A stretch of 59,575 nt of DNA, counting the filler. It is 3 parts of 3 records of this genome, joined end to end, with 100 filler letters (N's around TTAATTAATTAA, not from the genome) between each part and the next. Parts side by side here need not be neighbours in the genome. Positions count along the whole stretch, not along the records: positions 1 to 17,657 come from SRR22947727_841; 2 more parts are not named here. The stretch is one strand, 5' to 3'. Under the pieces are notes generated by a model. The model was not told the origin of the DNA. It worked only from the letters and a program-made list of their open reading frames with translations, and ran no database searches. The position numbers were made by a program, and so were the translations under genes. Shown here piece by piece: positions 1 to 9,433 of this stretch (the first letter of the stretch is position 1; each line of letters opens with the position of its first letter).

Positions 1-1
1 T

Positions 2-3000
2 AAAGATGCTAGCAATAATGTTAAAGCATTTATCGATTCAGCAAGAGTACAAGCTATTGCCGCAAATGAAGCCGGTAATTTTCTTGATTCTGCTGAAGCA
101 ATTGCTCTTATTGACTCTGCACACATACAGCTAAGACAGAGTTACGACTATAATTCCTTAATCAATAAACCTAATATTCTTGATTCTGCAGATGTGCTTG
201 CATTAGCATATGATTCTGCAGAAACACAAACACTTATATTCAGCCTTATTGATTCTGCTTACATTCGCAGTATTCAATCTTATGACGCAGATACATTAGA
301 TGGTCAAGACGGAACATACTATCTAGATTGGACGAATGTAACAAACAAACCTGATCTTATTGATTCATCTTTAACAACACAACTGATTGATTCTTCTTAT
401 ATTAAAAATATCATTGATTCATCATATATCAATGTCAATATAAATCAGACAACAATTGAAAATATTATTGATGCAACTTATATCAATAATAATATTGATT
501 CCGCGCTCATTCAAAATATTATCAATCAAGATTATATTACAAATACAATTGATTCTTCTGTTCTTATTCGCATTGTAAATGAAAATGCTCTTGACTCAAG
601 TGAAGTTGTAGATCTTATAGACTCAGATTACTTACGTAATCGTGTAAGACAACTAATATCTTCTGTAGATCAAGGTGGAGACGGATCATTCTCGTATAAC
701 CAGTATACAGGAGTCATGACTTATACTGGTCCTTCTTTTGATTCTGACTTTGCGCAAAAAACTACTGATGACTTAACAGAAGGTTCAACGAATCTTTACT
801 ATACTAAAGAGAGAGTAGATAGCGATGCTGGAGCTCGTTTAAGTAGAGCTACAACTGACAGCTTAGGTGAAGGTTTAACCAATGTTTATTATACAGACGA
901 AAGAGTAGAAACTCTTGTAGATTCTGCCTATGTGCAATCAAGACAAAGAACTAATATCACAGTTGATAACGCTACGTTATTTGATAGCTTAAACTCTGGT
1001 CAGTTCTTGCGCAGTGATATCCAAGACAGTGCTTATGGTTACATAACATTTGCTGGAAAAACAAGATTCGATGGTCAGATAGGTGGATCAAATAAAGAAA
1101 GAGGCGTCTATATTGGACGTAGCCCAGCAGATGATCCTCAAATTCAGTTGCAAGGTAATGGTGATGTAAATCCTCATATCGATTTTGCTAACGGGCAAGA
1201 AGATTTTGATATGCGCATTATCCTCACTGGAGATGATGCTCTTAATGTCACTGGTGGTTCTCTTTATAATGAAGGAAATAGAGTATTAACTGCTGCCGAT
1301 GAAGGTTCCGGCAACGGGCTTGATGCTGATACATTAGATGGGCAAGAAGGAAGTTATTATTTAGATTATAATAACTTTACTAATAAACCTGTCGCAGTTG
1401 ATTCATTAGGCGTGCAATCGATTGTTGATACACAAGTAGATTCTGCCTACGTACAACTGCATGCAAAGGGACTTGATTATAATGATCTTACAAATACTCC
1501 TGCTTTTATTGATTCTGCACTTGTAACACAGCTTATTGATTCTGCCTACGTTCAGGCAAGGCAATTAAACTTTGATAATTTACTTGATTCCGCCGAAGTC
1601 ACTGCCTTTGTAGATTCTGCATATGTCCAAGCAAGGCAAGACTTTGCTTATGGTTCATTAACCGGTGTACCAACAAATGTTTCTACATTTACAAATGATG
1701 CAAATTATCTAGATTCGGGCACTGTGCAGGGTGTGATTGATTCTGCATATGTTAAAGCAAGAGTGCGAACAAATCAAGACCTTCGTACTACTGATTCTGT
1801 CACATTCTCAGGATTGAATATTACTGGTGATTTGAATGTAACAGGAAACACCTATCAAGTTAATACAATATCCTATTCAGTTGTCGATCCACTACTTCAC
1901 TTAGCTGATAGCAATGAAAATTCTGATGTTGTTGATATCGGTTTCGTTGGCCATTATAATGATGGTGTGCCACGACATACTGGATTCTTTAGAGATGCAA
2001 GCAATTCTCAATATTATATTTTTAATGGATTAATTGATTCTGCGTTTGATTCATCATTACCTACAAACATAGTTAATAGATCTGGAACTGGATTTACTTT
2101 AGCTGATCTTAATGTCGGTACATTGCATGGCATATATGCTGGATTTGATTCAGACTTTAATCAAAAAACAACTTCTGATCTTTCAGAAGGATCAAACCTT
2201 TATTACACAACTGCAAGACATGATAGCGATACTCTTGCTCAAGTGAATGCAGCTTATGTACAAGCTCGTCAAATAACATACAGTAATGTTTCAGAATTTA
2301 CTAATGATGCAAATTACTTGGATTCAAATACAGTCCAAGGAGTTATTGATACAACATACATTCAATCTATTCAGACAACATATAATACAAGTGACTTTAC
2401 AGATAGCGCATTTGTAACTGGTTTGCCTGTCAGTACATTTACCAATGATGCTGGTTATCTTACTTCTGCCACGGTAGGTGGACTTGACTCAGATCTAGTA
2501 ATTAGAATAATTGATTCTGCATATATTGAAGCACGTCGTCCAGCTGAAACAATATTCTCTCTTAGTGGTAATGGATCAGATTATGTATTCAACGGTGATG
2601 GTTTCCCATCAGCTGCGAATGATCCAACGTTATATTTAACCCGTGGTAAAACATATAAGTTTACAAATGTTCCTGGAAGTCATCCACTTGAAATTAGATT
2701 ATCAAATGGTGGTACAGCTTATAGTGACGGTGTAACAAATAATGGTGGTTCGGGTACAGTAGAATTTACAGTACCTATGAATGCGCCAACGTCCCTAGTT
2801 TACCAATGTACCGTACATGCCGGAATGGTTGGTGATATTGTTATTCTGGATGACACTACAGGTGGTCTAGATTCTGCATCAATTATTCAACTTATAGATT
2901 CTGCATATGTTCAAGCAAGACAAACATCTGGCGGCGGTGGCGGCGCCGGAACCCTAGATTCCGGCAATATCGATACTATAGTTGATTCTGCTTATATTAA

Positions 3001-6000
3001 ATTTAGAGTAGATTATAATGCAAATGAATCATTACAATTTGGTAAAGATCAGTATGCCCTAGGAACTTTAACTGGAAGCACAAGCGGTACTAACATTTAT
3101 ACTGCTTTCAATCCTGGACAAGCAGACGGTCTCTTCACATCATCATACAATTACGCAAACGGTGGTGTTGATATTGATCAGTGGGTTTGGGGTTACTACT
3201 GGGTGAATAGCTCATTAGGTTATGCTCAAATTGCTACTAAAGTTGATAATGGAAATGGTACTTACACTTATACTACTTCACCTGCATTAAGCTGGGCTGG
3301 TGGCTGGACAAACTATGTTGTTCTTGCAGATAGAGCCGGTGGAGAAGATACACCTTTTAAGATTCGGTATAACAGTACATCAGATGTTGTAGAATTTAAT
3401 GCTAAGAAACAAATAAGAATTTATCATAGTGAAGAATCAGATAGACCTCTTTGGATTAACGCATCGTACCTTGATCTAAATGGAAGTCCGGTATACTTCT
3501 CAAATAGATTCGATTCTAATTCATTATTCCCATCTGCAACAGATTACCCAGGGATGCTTGCTACATTTGATTCGAATGTAACAAATGGTCCTGGTGCTGC
3601 TTATGTTTCTTTAGAAGGTGCATGGACAAAGATTAGTGGAACTGGCATTGATTCAGCTGAAGCTAAAAAAGTTACATTAGAAGTTATCGATTCAGACCAC
3701 TTTATTCCAGGTAAGGGCGAAAGAAACTGGAATATCACTAGTGCTTCTCCGCCAGAAATTTCAACTGGAGACTTGTGGCTTGATAGAGATGATTATATCT
3801 TATATAGATTGACTGCAAGTTCTAATTGGACTTCGTCTATGCCATCTCATTCATTCTCTTCTTATCCTGGGCTGACATCTACAGACTGGGCAAATAGCGG
3901 TGGCGGGACAAACGGAAGCTTTAGTATAGATCAAAGCAATACACCTCCTGGTCCTAATGGAACATTTGCATCTACATTTACTATGGGCACAAGTCCATAT
4001 AATTCTGGTGGCCAATATACTTTCTCAAATCCAGTCAATCTTGGTTATTTCCACATTGGCAATCTAAATTCTGGCTGGATCCATAGAGTTGATTATGTTG
4101 ATGGATCATATGCTAAAACTAATAGTGGTCCTACTGGCCAACCGTCAAATATCACGTGGTATAATTATGATAATACTTCTATGGGTACAACTCGTAGTTA
4201 CGGTAGTGGTACCACATTCTTGTATCATCCAAATGGTGTATTAGCAACATCATTTGTAATTGGTAGATCGAATTACGGTACTAGAAGCTACCAAGCGTGG
4301 ATTTTCTTCTCAGGTTCTAATTACTGGAATAGAGTTGGCGAAATCTATGATTCATCTGATATTAAAAATCTTATTGATTCTGCTTATATACAAGAAAGAC
4401 AATCTGGTGGTGGTAGCGGAACAGTCGATAGCGCAGATATTATTGCGATTGTCGATAGTGCATATGTTCAAGCAAGACAAACATCTGGTGGAGGCGGAGG
4501 TTTAGACTCTGCGGCAGTGCTTTCTCTTATTGACTCAGATTATATCGCCGCGGCAACCGGTAGTAATGCAGCGATTAGCCAAACACACTTCCACTTTAGT
4601 GCAGATTCTGGTCAAACAATATTTAGTGGAGCCGATGATGATAGCGCTACACTGAGTTATGTTACAGATGGAATCATGGTATTCCTTAATGGTATTCTTC
4701 TTATTGATAGTGTTGACTATACTGCGACTGATGGTTCTACAATAACACTTCTTGATTCAGCTGCTCTTAGTGATGTAGTTTCTGTAGTGAAAATGAATGG
4801 AACTACGAGTGAAACTAGTATTGATTCTGCCGCCGTAATTAACTTAATTGATAGTGCATATGTCCTTGCTCGAGCTGGCGGTGCTGGATTTGATTCTGCA
4901 GGTGTATTAAGCGTAATTGAAAAACAATTAGATCTAGGTGAGTTTATTCTTGGCGGAGACCCAGGAGTAAATCAATATGTTGACTTTGTTTCTCAAGTTG
5001 CAGGTATTAACGGTGCTGTAAGACCAGGTTCTGGTCTGAGTAAAACAGGTGGTACTGGTTGGACAGATGCTGCATATTTCTCTGTTGATTCATCTTTTGT
5101 AACTGATATCATTGACAGTGCTTATATCAATGCCAGAATTGGTGCTGGTACTGTTGAAGCTATTGTTGATTCGGCATATATCCAACTAAGAGATAGGTTC
5201 CAGGAAGATTCAAATTTTGTAACTAATATTGTTGATTCGAGTTATATTCAAGCTCGTGTAACAGCTTCAGCAAATATCGACAGTATTGGTGCTATCGGTA
5301 ATGTAAATGCGATTGGTGCGACTGAAGGTCAGATACTTAAATTTGATTCCGCTTCGCAGAAGTTTATCCTTGCCTCTGATGCCACTGGTGGAGGTGGATC
5401 AGGTACAGTAGATTCTGCTTATGTTCAGGCAAGACAAACAAATGTCTTTAATAATATTTACGTAAGTGGCCAAGATTCCATTGAAGCTAATTCAGTAAAT
5501 GGTATATTAACATTTGAAGCTGGTCCTGGTATTTCAATTACAACTGATGCTAATACGGATACTGTTACAATCGTTAATAATCTAAATGCTGAGGTTGCAA
5601 GAGGTATTATTGAGGCAACAGTTGATTCGGATTATATCGGTACAAAGGTTGATTTTACACGTGGCGAGTTTGTAAATGAAAAATCTCAATATACTGCAAC
5701 GGCAGCACAGACTATATTTAATCACAGTTCAATTGATCCTACTCATCTTGATGTCTATCTTAATGGTGTCTTGCAAGTGGTCAATGATGATTACACTGCC
5801 ACTTCATCAGCAGTCACCTTCACCTCAGGAGTCGACAGTGGATACAGTGTCACGATTGTCGAAAAACGTGGACGTGTCCTTACCCAGCGAGGATTAGTAG
5901 AAAGCAAGTATTACTTTACAACACCTACACCTATTACAACAATTACAGGTACAGATGACAATGGCATAACACTTGATTATTCAGACGGATTCTTGGATGT

Positions 6001-6904
6001 ATATCTCAATGGTATTCTGCTCAAGGATTCAGATGATTATTCTACAAATGCTGGTACGTCTCTCACTCTCGTATCTGCTACAGATTCAAATGATCTTGTT
6101 ACTCTGATCAACCGTAAGGGTGTTGTTGTAACACCGAATGTAAAGAATTATGAATTCACTGCTACGGCAGGTCAGACAACATTTAGCGGTTCTGATATCA
6201 ATGGTAATACACTGGCTTATGTTCCAGGTGCAACACAGGTATTCCTTAACGGTATTCTTCTTCGCAATGTTGATTACACTGGAATTACCGGTACATCAAT
6301 TGTTCTTGTAGACTCTGCATCACTCAATGATGAATTGGTTGTATCTGCATTCAGTAACCCTGGTCAGAATATGGATCTGTACAAGTTTACTGCAGATTCC
6401 GGTCAAACAATCTTTAGTGGTAATGATTTAAGTAATGCATCACTTGCATATCAGCCTGGTAACATTCAGGTCTTTATGAATGGTCTGTTACTGAATGACT
6501 CGGATGATTATACTGCATCAAACGGTATGTCGGTTGTTCTTACATCAGGTGCAGATGCCAGTGATGAAATTAAGATTGCATCCTTTGTATCAAATACAGA
6601 TGTTATTAGAACGAATGCATGGACTGCACCAACGGGAACACCAGTTACCGCAGCAGCAGGTGATAAACTCTTTATCGATACATCATCTGCCAAGACTGTC
6701 ACACTTCCGTCATCTGCAAGTCTAGGTGATGAAATTCGAATCATCGATGTAACAGGAAATGCATCAACAAATAATATTACTGTTGCTCGTAACGGTCATA
6801 ATATCCAAGGTGCGGCAAGTGATTTAACAATTAACGTAGATAGAGCAGGTATTGGATTGGTTTATTACAATGCAGCTCAAGGTTGGGTACTGATAGAGAA
6901 CTAA
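2..6904 (+). CDS. Giant tail-fibre/virion structural protein (at least 2300 aa, 5'-truncated) with DS repeats, a cupredoxin-like domain, five V[FY][LM]NG repeat domains and a gp34-like C-terminal module
   Basis: Frame is open from position 2 (KDASNNVKAFIDSARVQ...), so the GTG at 194 is not the start; IDSAYVQARQ repeats; C-terminal TVTLPSSASLGDEIRIIDVTG...GW module. Confidence 0.85.
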   Translation, partial: KDASNNVKAFIDSARVQAIAANEAGNFLDSAEAIALIDSAHIQLRQSYDYNSLINKPNILDSADVLALAYDSAETQTLIFSLIDSAYIRSIQSYDADTLDGQDGTYYLDWTNVTNKPDLIDSSLTTQLIDSSYIKNIIDSSYINVNINQTTIENIIDATYINNNIDSALIQNIINQDYITNTIDSSVLIRIVNENALDSSEVVDLIDSDYLRNRVRQLISSVDQGGDGSFSYNQYTGVMTYTGPSFDSDFAQKTTDDLTEGSTNLYYTKERVDSDAGARLSRATTDSLGEGLTNVYYTDERVETLVDSAYVQSRQRTNITVDNATLFDSLNSGQFLRSDIQDSAYGYITFAGKTRFDGQIGGSNKERGVYIGRSPADDPQIQLQGNGDVNPHIDFANGQEDFDMRIILTGDDALNVTGGSLYNEGNRVLTAADEGSGNGLDADTLDGQEGSYYLDYNNFTNKPVAVDSLGVQSIVDTQVDSAYVQLHAKGLDYNDLTNTPAFIDSALVTQLIDSAYVQARQLNFDNLLDSAEVTAFVDSAYVQARQDFAYGSLTGVPTNVSTFTNDANYLDSGTVQGVIDSAYVKARVRTNQDLRTTDSVTFSGLNITGDLNVTGNTYQVNTISYSVVDPLLHLADSNENSDVVDIGFVGHYNDGVPRHTGFFRDASNSQYYIFNGLIDSAFDSSLPTNIVNRSGTGFTLADLNVGTLHGIYAGFDSDFNQKTTSDLSEGSNLYYTTARHDSDTLAQVNAAYVQARQITYSNVSEFTNDANYLDSNTVQGVIDTTYIQSIQTTYNTSDFTDSAFVTGLPVSTFTNDAGYLTSATVGGLDSDLVIRIIDSAYIEARRPAETIFSLSGNGSDYVFNGDGFPSAANDPTLYLTRGKTYKFTNVPGSHPLEIRLSNGGTAYSDGVTNNGGSGTVEFTVPMNAPTSLVYQCTVHAGMVGDIVILDDTTGGLDSASIIQLIDSAYVQARQTSGGGGGAGTLDSGNIDTIVDSAYIKFRVDYNANESLQFGKDQYALGTLTGSTSGTNIYTAFNPGQADGLFTSSYNYANGGVDIDQWVWGYYWVNSSLGYAQIATKVDNGNGTYTYTTSPALSWAGGWTNYVVLADRAGGEDTPFKIRYNSTSDVVEFNAKKQIRIYHSEESDRPLWINASYLDLNGSPVYFSNRFDSNSLFPSATDYPGMLATFDSNVTNGPGAAYVSLEGAWTKISGTGIDSAEAKKVTLEVIDSDHFIPGKGERNWNITSASPPEISTGDLWLDRDDYILYRLTASSNWTSSMPSHSFSSYPGLTSTDWANSGGGTNGSFSIDQSNTPPGPNGTFASTFTMGTSPYNSGGQYTFSNPVNLGYFHIGNLNSGWIHRVDYVDGSYAKTNSGPTGQPSNITWYNYDNTSMGTTRSYGSGTTFLYHPNGVLATSFVIGRSNYGTRSYQAWIFFSGSNYWNRVGEIYDSSDIKNLIDSAYIQERQSGGGSGTVDSADIIAIVDSAYVQARQTSGGGGGLDSAAVLSLIDSDYIAAATGSNAAISQTHFHFSADSGQTIFSGADDDSATLSYVTDGIMVFLNGILLIDSVDYTATDGSTITLLDSAALSDVVSVVKMNGTTSETSIDSAAVINLIDSAYVLARAGGAGFDSAGVLSVIEKQLDLGEFILGGDPGVNQYVDFVSQVAGINGAVRPGSGLSKTGGTGWTDAAYFSVDSSFVTDIIDSAYINARIGAGTVEAIVDSAYIQLRDRFQEDSNFVTNIVDSSYIQARVTASANIDSIGAIGNVNAIGATEGQILKFDSASQKFILASDATGGGGSGTVDSAYVQARQTNVFNNIYVSGQDSIEANSVNGILTFEAGPGISITTDANTDTVTIVNNLNAEVARGIIEATVDSDYIGTKVDFTRGEFVNEKSQYTATAAQTIFNHSSIDPTHLDVYLNGVLQVVNDDYTATSSAVTFTSGVDSGYSVTIVEKRGRVLTQRGLVESKYYFTTPTPITTITGTDDNGITLDYSDGFLDVYLNGILLKDSDDYSTNAGTSLTLVSATDSNDLVTLINRKGVVVTPNVKNYEFTATAGQTTFSGSDINGNTLAYVPGATQVFLNGILLRNVDYTGITGTSIVLVDSASLNDELVVSAFSNPGQNMDLYKFTADSGQTIFSGNDLSNASLAYQPGNIQVFMNGLLLNDSDDYTASNGMSVVLTSGADASDEIKIASFVSNTDVIRTNAWTAPTGTPVTAAAGDKLFIDTSSAKTVTLPSSASLGDEIRIIDVTGNASTNNITVARNGHNIQGAASDLTINVDRAGIGLVYYNAAQGWVLIEN
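359..574 (+). repeat. Tandem 27-bp / 9-aa coding repeat, 8 degenerate units
   Basis: IDSSLTTQL IDSSYIKNI IDSSYINVN INQTTIENI IDATYINNN IDSALIQNI INQDYITNT IDSSVLIRI. Confidence 0.8.
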
Positions 6905-6905
6905 T

Positions 6906-9425
6906 ATGGCAAATTTAACAGACATAAGAAGTAGTTGGAGTACCGGTGCTAGTGAGGGTGGTGTTACTGTATACGCTACCAAAGAAGATTTGCCGACATC
7001 AGGACTGACTTCTGGTGATCAGGCTTATGTGACTAGTAATAGTCGATTTTATATTTCTAATGGTTCTGGCTGGTACAATGTTGCATTGGTTAACGCTACT
7101 CCTGCTTTGACAATTAGTCCTACCGGTGTAATTGAACTTTCGACAGAAGGTACAGCTACCACTATTACTTTAACTGCTACAGACTCTGATAATTCCGTGG
7201 CAGGTTTGTCATATAGTGTAGAATCAGACGGTAGCTTTGCAGGTCTTGCCTCAATCAGCCAAGATAGTTCTGTCTTTACAATCACGCCATTAGGCGAAGA
7301 CTCTGCGACAACAACATCTTCAACATTAACTTTCAAAGCATCAGATGGAATTAGTTTTGGTACAGGTAATAGAACATTAAGCCTGGTATTTACGGTACAA
7401 AATTCTCGATACACCACTCTTTTGCTGAAGGCAGATACTACAAAATCTGATGCACAAATAGATTTATCATCAAATACAAGTACAGTTGGAGAGGTGAATC
7501 AAGTATTTTCAACTGCGCACACACCATATCACTTAGGTGGGTATTCTGGTTATTTTGATGGATCAGGCGACAGAACCTATACAAGCTCAGATAGTGATTT
7601 TTATATCAACACAGATGATTTTTCATATGAAGGATGGTTTTATACTCTGTCTGCTGCCTCAGGCTATCCTAGATTTATGGGTTCTGGTGTTTATTATAAT
7701 AGTCCTAATTCTTTTGGTGTTGTGATGTCTGATAATGATCATACTCAAAAGATGACTGCATATTGGGGTACTGGTGGTTCTAATGCGGCTAGAACTTTAA
7801 TATCATCTCAATCTTATGATTATAATCAGTGGAATCACGTTGCAGTATGCAGAGAAGGTGATTTTATTGCTTTATTCTATAATGGTGATAGAATTGCTGT
7901 AGATAGTGATTATGGTTCGTCAACACAAATTGGTACAGCAAATACATACCTCTTTATTGGTGATACAGGAAACGGTACTAATGAAGGTGCTGTAGGCTAT
8001 CACAAAGATATAAGATTTATTAAAGGTTCATCAGCATATGATCCTACGCAATCTTCAATCACTGTTCCTACCGCACCCCTTACTGCAACAGCAGATACTA
8101 AATTGTTGATAGCCAGTCCTTATTATAGAGATATAAGCACTAGAAAACATGCGCTTACTAATGGTATTGAAAGTATGAAGAGTTTTGGACCATATGATCA
8201 CCTTGGTTATAATAGAACAGATCACGGAGGTTCAGTATATTTTTACGGCACCGATGATTATCTTACAGTTGATGGCGGATATCTAACAACAAACACCACT
8301 TGGTGGAACTCAAGTGGATTTACAATCGAAGTTTGGTTGTATAAACATAATACAAATGATGTGGTAATATGGGATAATAGACAGGGTGGTAATACTACCG
8401 GATTTTTATTTAAGACACACTCTAATGGACTTTATCTTTACGCAAATAACGCAGAGCGTGTAAGCGGTATTGGTACAAATCCAGTAAATATATGGACACA
8501 TGTTGCATTAGTGTGTTCTGGCACTACAGGTAAAATGTATCAAGATGGTGTACAGGTAGGATCTGACTTTACTATTCCAGATACTGCAAGTTATACATAT
8601 TTCGGTAAGACTCAAAATACTATTGGCGCTGTACAATATACACCACGAGGGGCTGGTACTGACTATCTGGGATATATGTCAGATCTCAGAATATCAAGTG
8701 GCTCGAGATATACTGGAACATACACTCCACCAACCGAAGCATTTGTTGATGATGGAACAACAGTATTCTTAACTTGTAGAAACCAACATAATATTTGGGA
8801 TGCCAATAGTAATCACGTTATGGTAACGAATGGTAACGTAACAGCAAGTAATACACAAAGGAAATTTAACACATCTTCAGCTATATATTTTGATGGAAGC
8901 GGTGATTGGATAGATCTAAATGCAGCTGCAAAATATAAATTTGAACCATTAGGTAATGATTTTACATTTGAATGGTGGTGGTATCCTACAACTCTGAGTC
9001 AAAGACAATGGTTTTTCCATTCTGCTACCGATTATTGGTTAGGTGTAGATTTTCAGACCACTTCTGGTAGAGGTTTAGGTATGTGGGCAAGTTCTAACGG
9101 TTCTGGTTGGAACTTGCTCAATGCTGATAACGGTGGTCCTGGAATATCAAATACTAATCCAACATTAAATGCTTGGAATCATATTGCATATACTCGAAAC
9201 GGAAACACTTTTACACTATGGTTAAATGGAACATCTATTGTTTCTGTAGGTAGTATAACAGCGTCAATAGTAGATCGCTCAAGTCAAGCAAAAGTAATTG
9301 GTTCATGGGCAGCAACAAATCATCAATTCCCAATAGTCGGTTATATTCAAGACTTTAGATGGACAAATGGTCTAGCAAGATATACTGGGGCATTTACACC
9401 ACCAACTGCAGAATTTGAGGGATAA
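6906..9425 (+). CDS. Virion protein with three LamG/concanavalin-A-like lectin domains
   Basis: Three F[ST]xExW[FLW]Y ... W[NT]H[VI]A ... xG motifs followed by D[ILF]R-type ends (DIRFIKG, DLRISSG, DFRWTNG). Confidence 0.85.
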   Translation: MANLTDIRSSWSTGASEGGVTVYATKEDLPTSGLTSGDQAYVTSNSRFYISNGSGWYNVALVNATPALTISPTGVIELSTEGTATTITLTATDSDNSVAGLSYSVESDGSFAGLASISQDSSVFTITPLGEDSATTTSSTLTFKASDGISFGTGNRTLSLVFTVQNSRYTTLLLKADTTKSDAQIDLSSNTSTVGEVNQVFSTAHTPYHLGGYSGYFDGSGDRTYTSSDSDFYINTDDFSYEGWFYTLSAASGYPRFMGSGVYYNSPNSFGVVMSDNDHTQKMTAYWGTGGSNAARTLISSQSYDYNQWNHVAVCREGDFIALFYNGDRIAVDSDYGSSTQIGTANTYLFIGDTGNGTNEGAVGYHKDIRFIKGSSAYDPTQSSITVPTAPLTATADTKLLIASPYYRDISTRKHALTNGIESMKSFGPYDHLGYNRTDHGGSVYFYGTDDYLTVDGGYLTTNTTWWNSSGFTIEVWLYKHNTNDVVIWDNRQGGNTTGFLFKTHSNGLYLYANNAERVSGIGTNPVNIWTHVALVCSGTTGKMYQDGVQVGSDFTIPDTASYTYFGKTQNTIGAVQYTPRGAGTDYLGYMSDLRISSGSRYTGTYTPPTEAFVDDGTTVFLTCRNQHNIWDANSNHVMVTNGNVTASNTQRKFNTSSAIYFDGSGDWIDLNAAAKYKFEPLGNDFTFEWWWYPTTLSQRQWFFHSATDYWLGVDFQTTSGRGLGMWASSNGSGWNLLNADNGGPGISNTNPTLNAWNHIAYTRNGNTFTLWLNGTSIVSVGSITASIVDRSSQAKVIGSWAATNHQFPIVGYIQDFRWTNGLARYTGAFTPPTAEFEG

Positions 9426-9428
9426 ATA
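9421..9428 (+). promoter_or_regulatory. Probable T4-type late promoter (GATAAATA)
   Basis: One mismatch to TATAAATA, immediately upstream of ATG 9434. Confidence 0.6.
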
Positions 9429-9433
9429 GTAAT

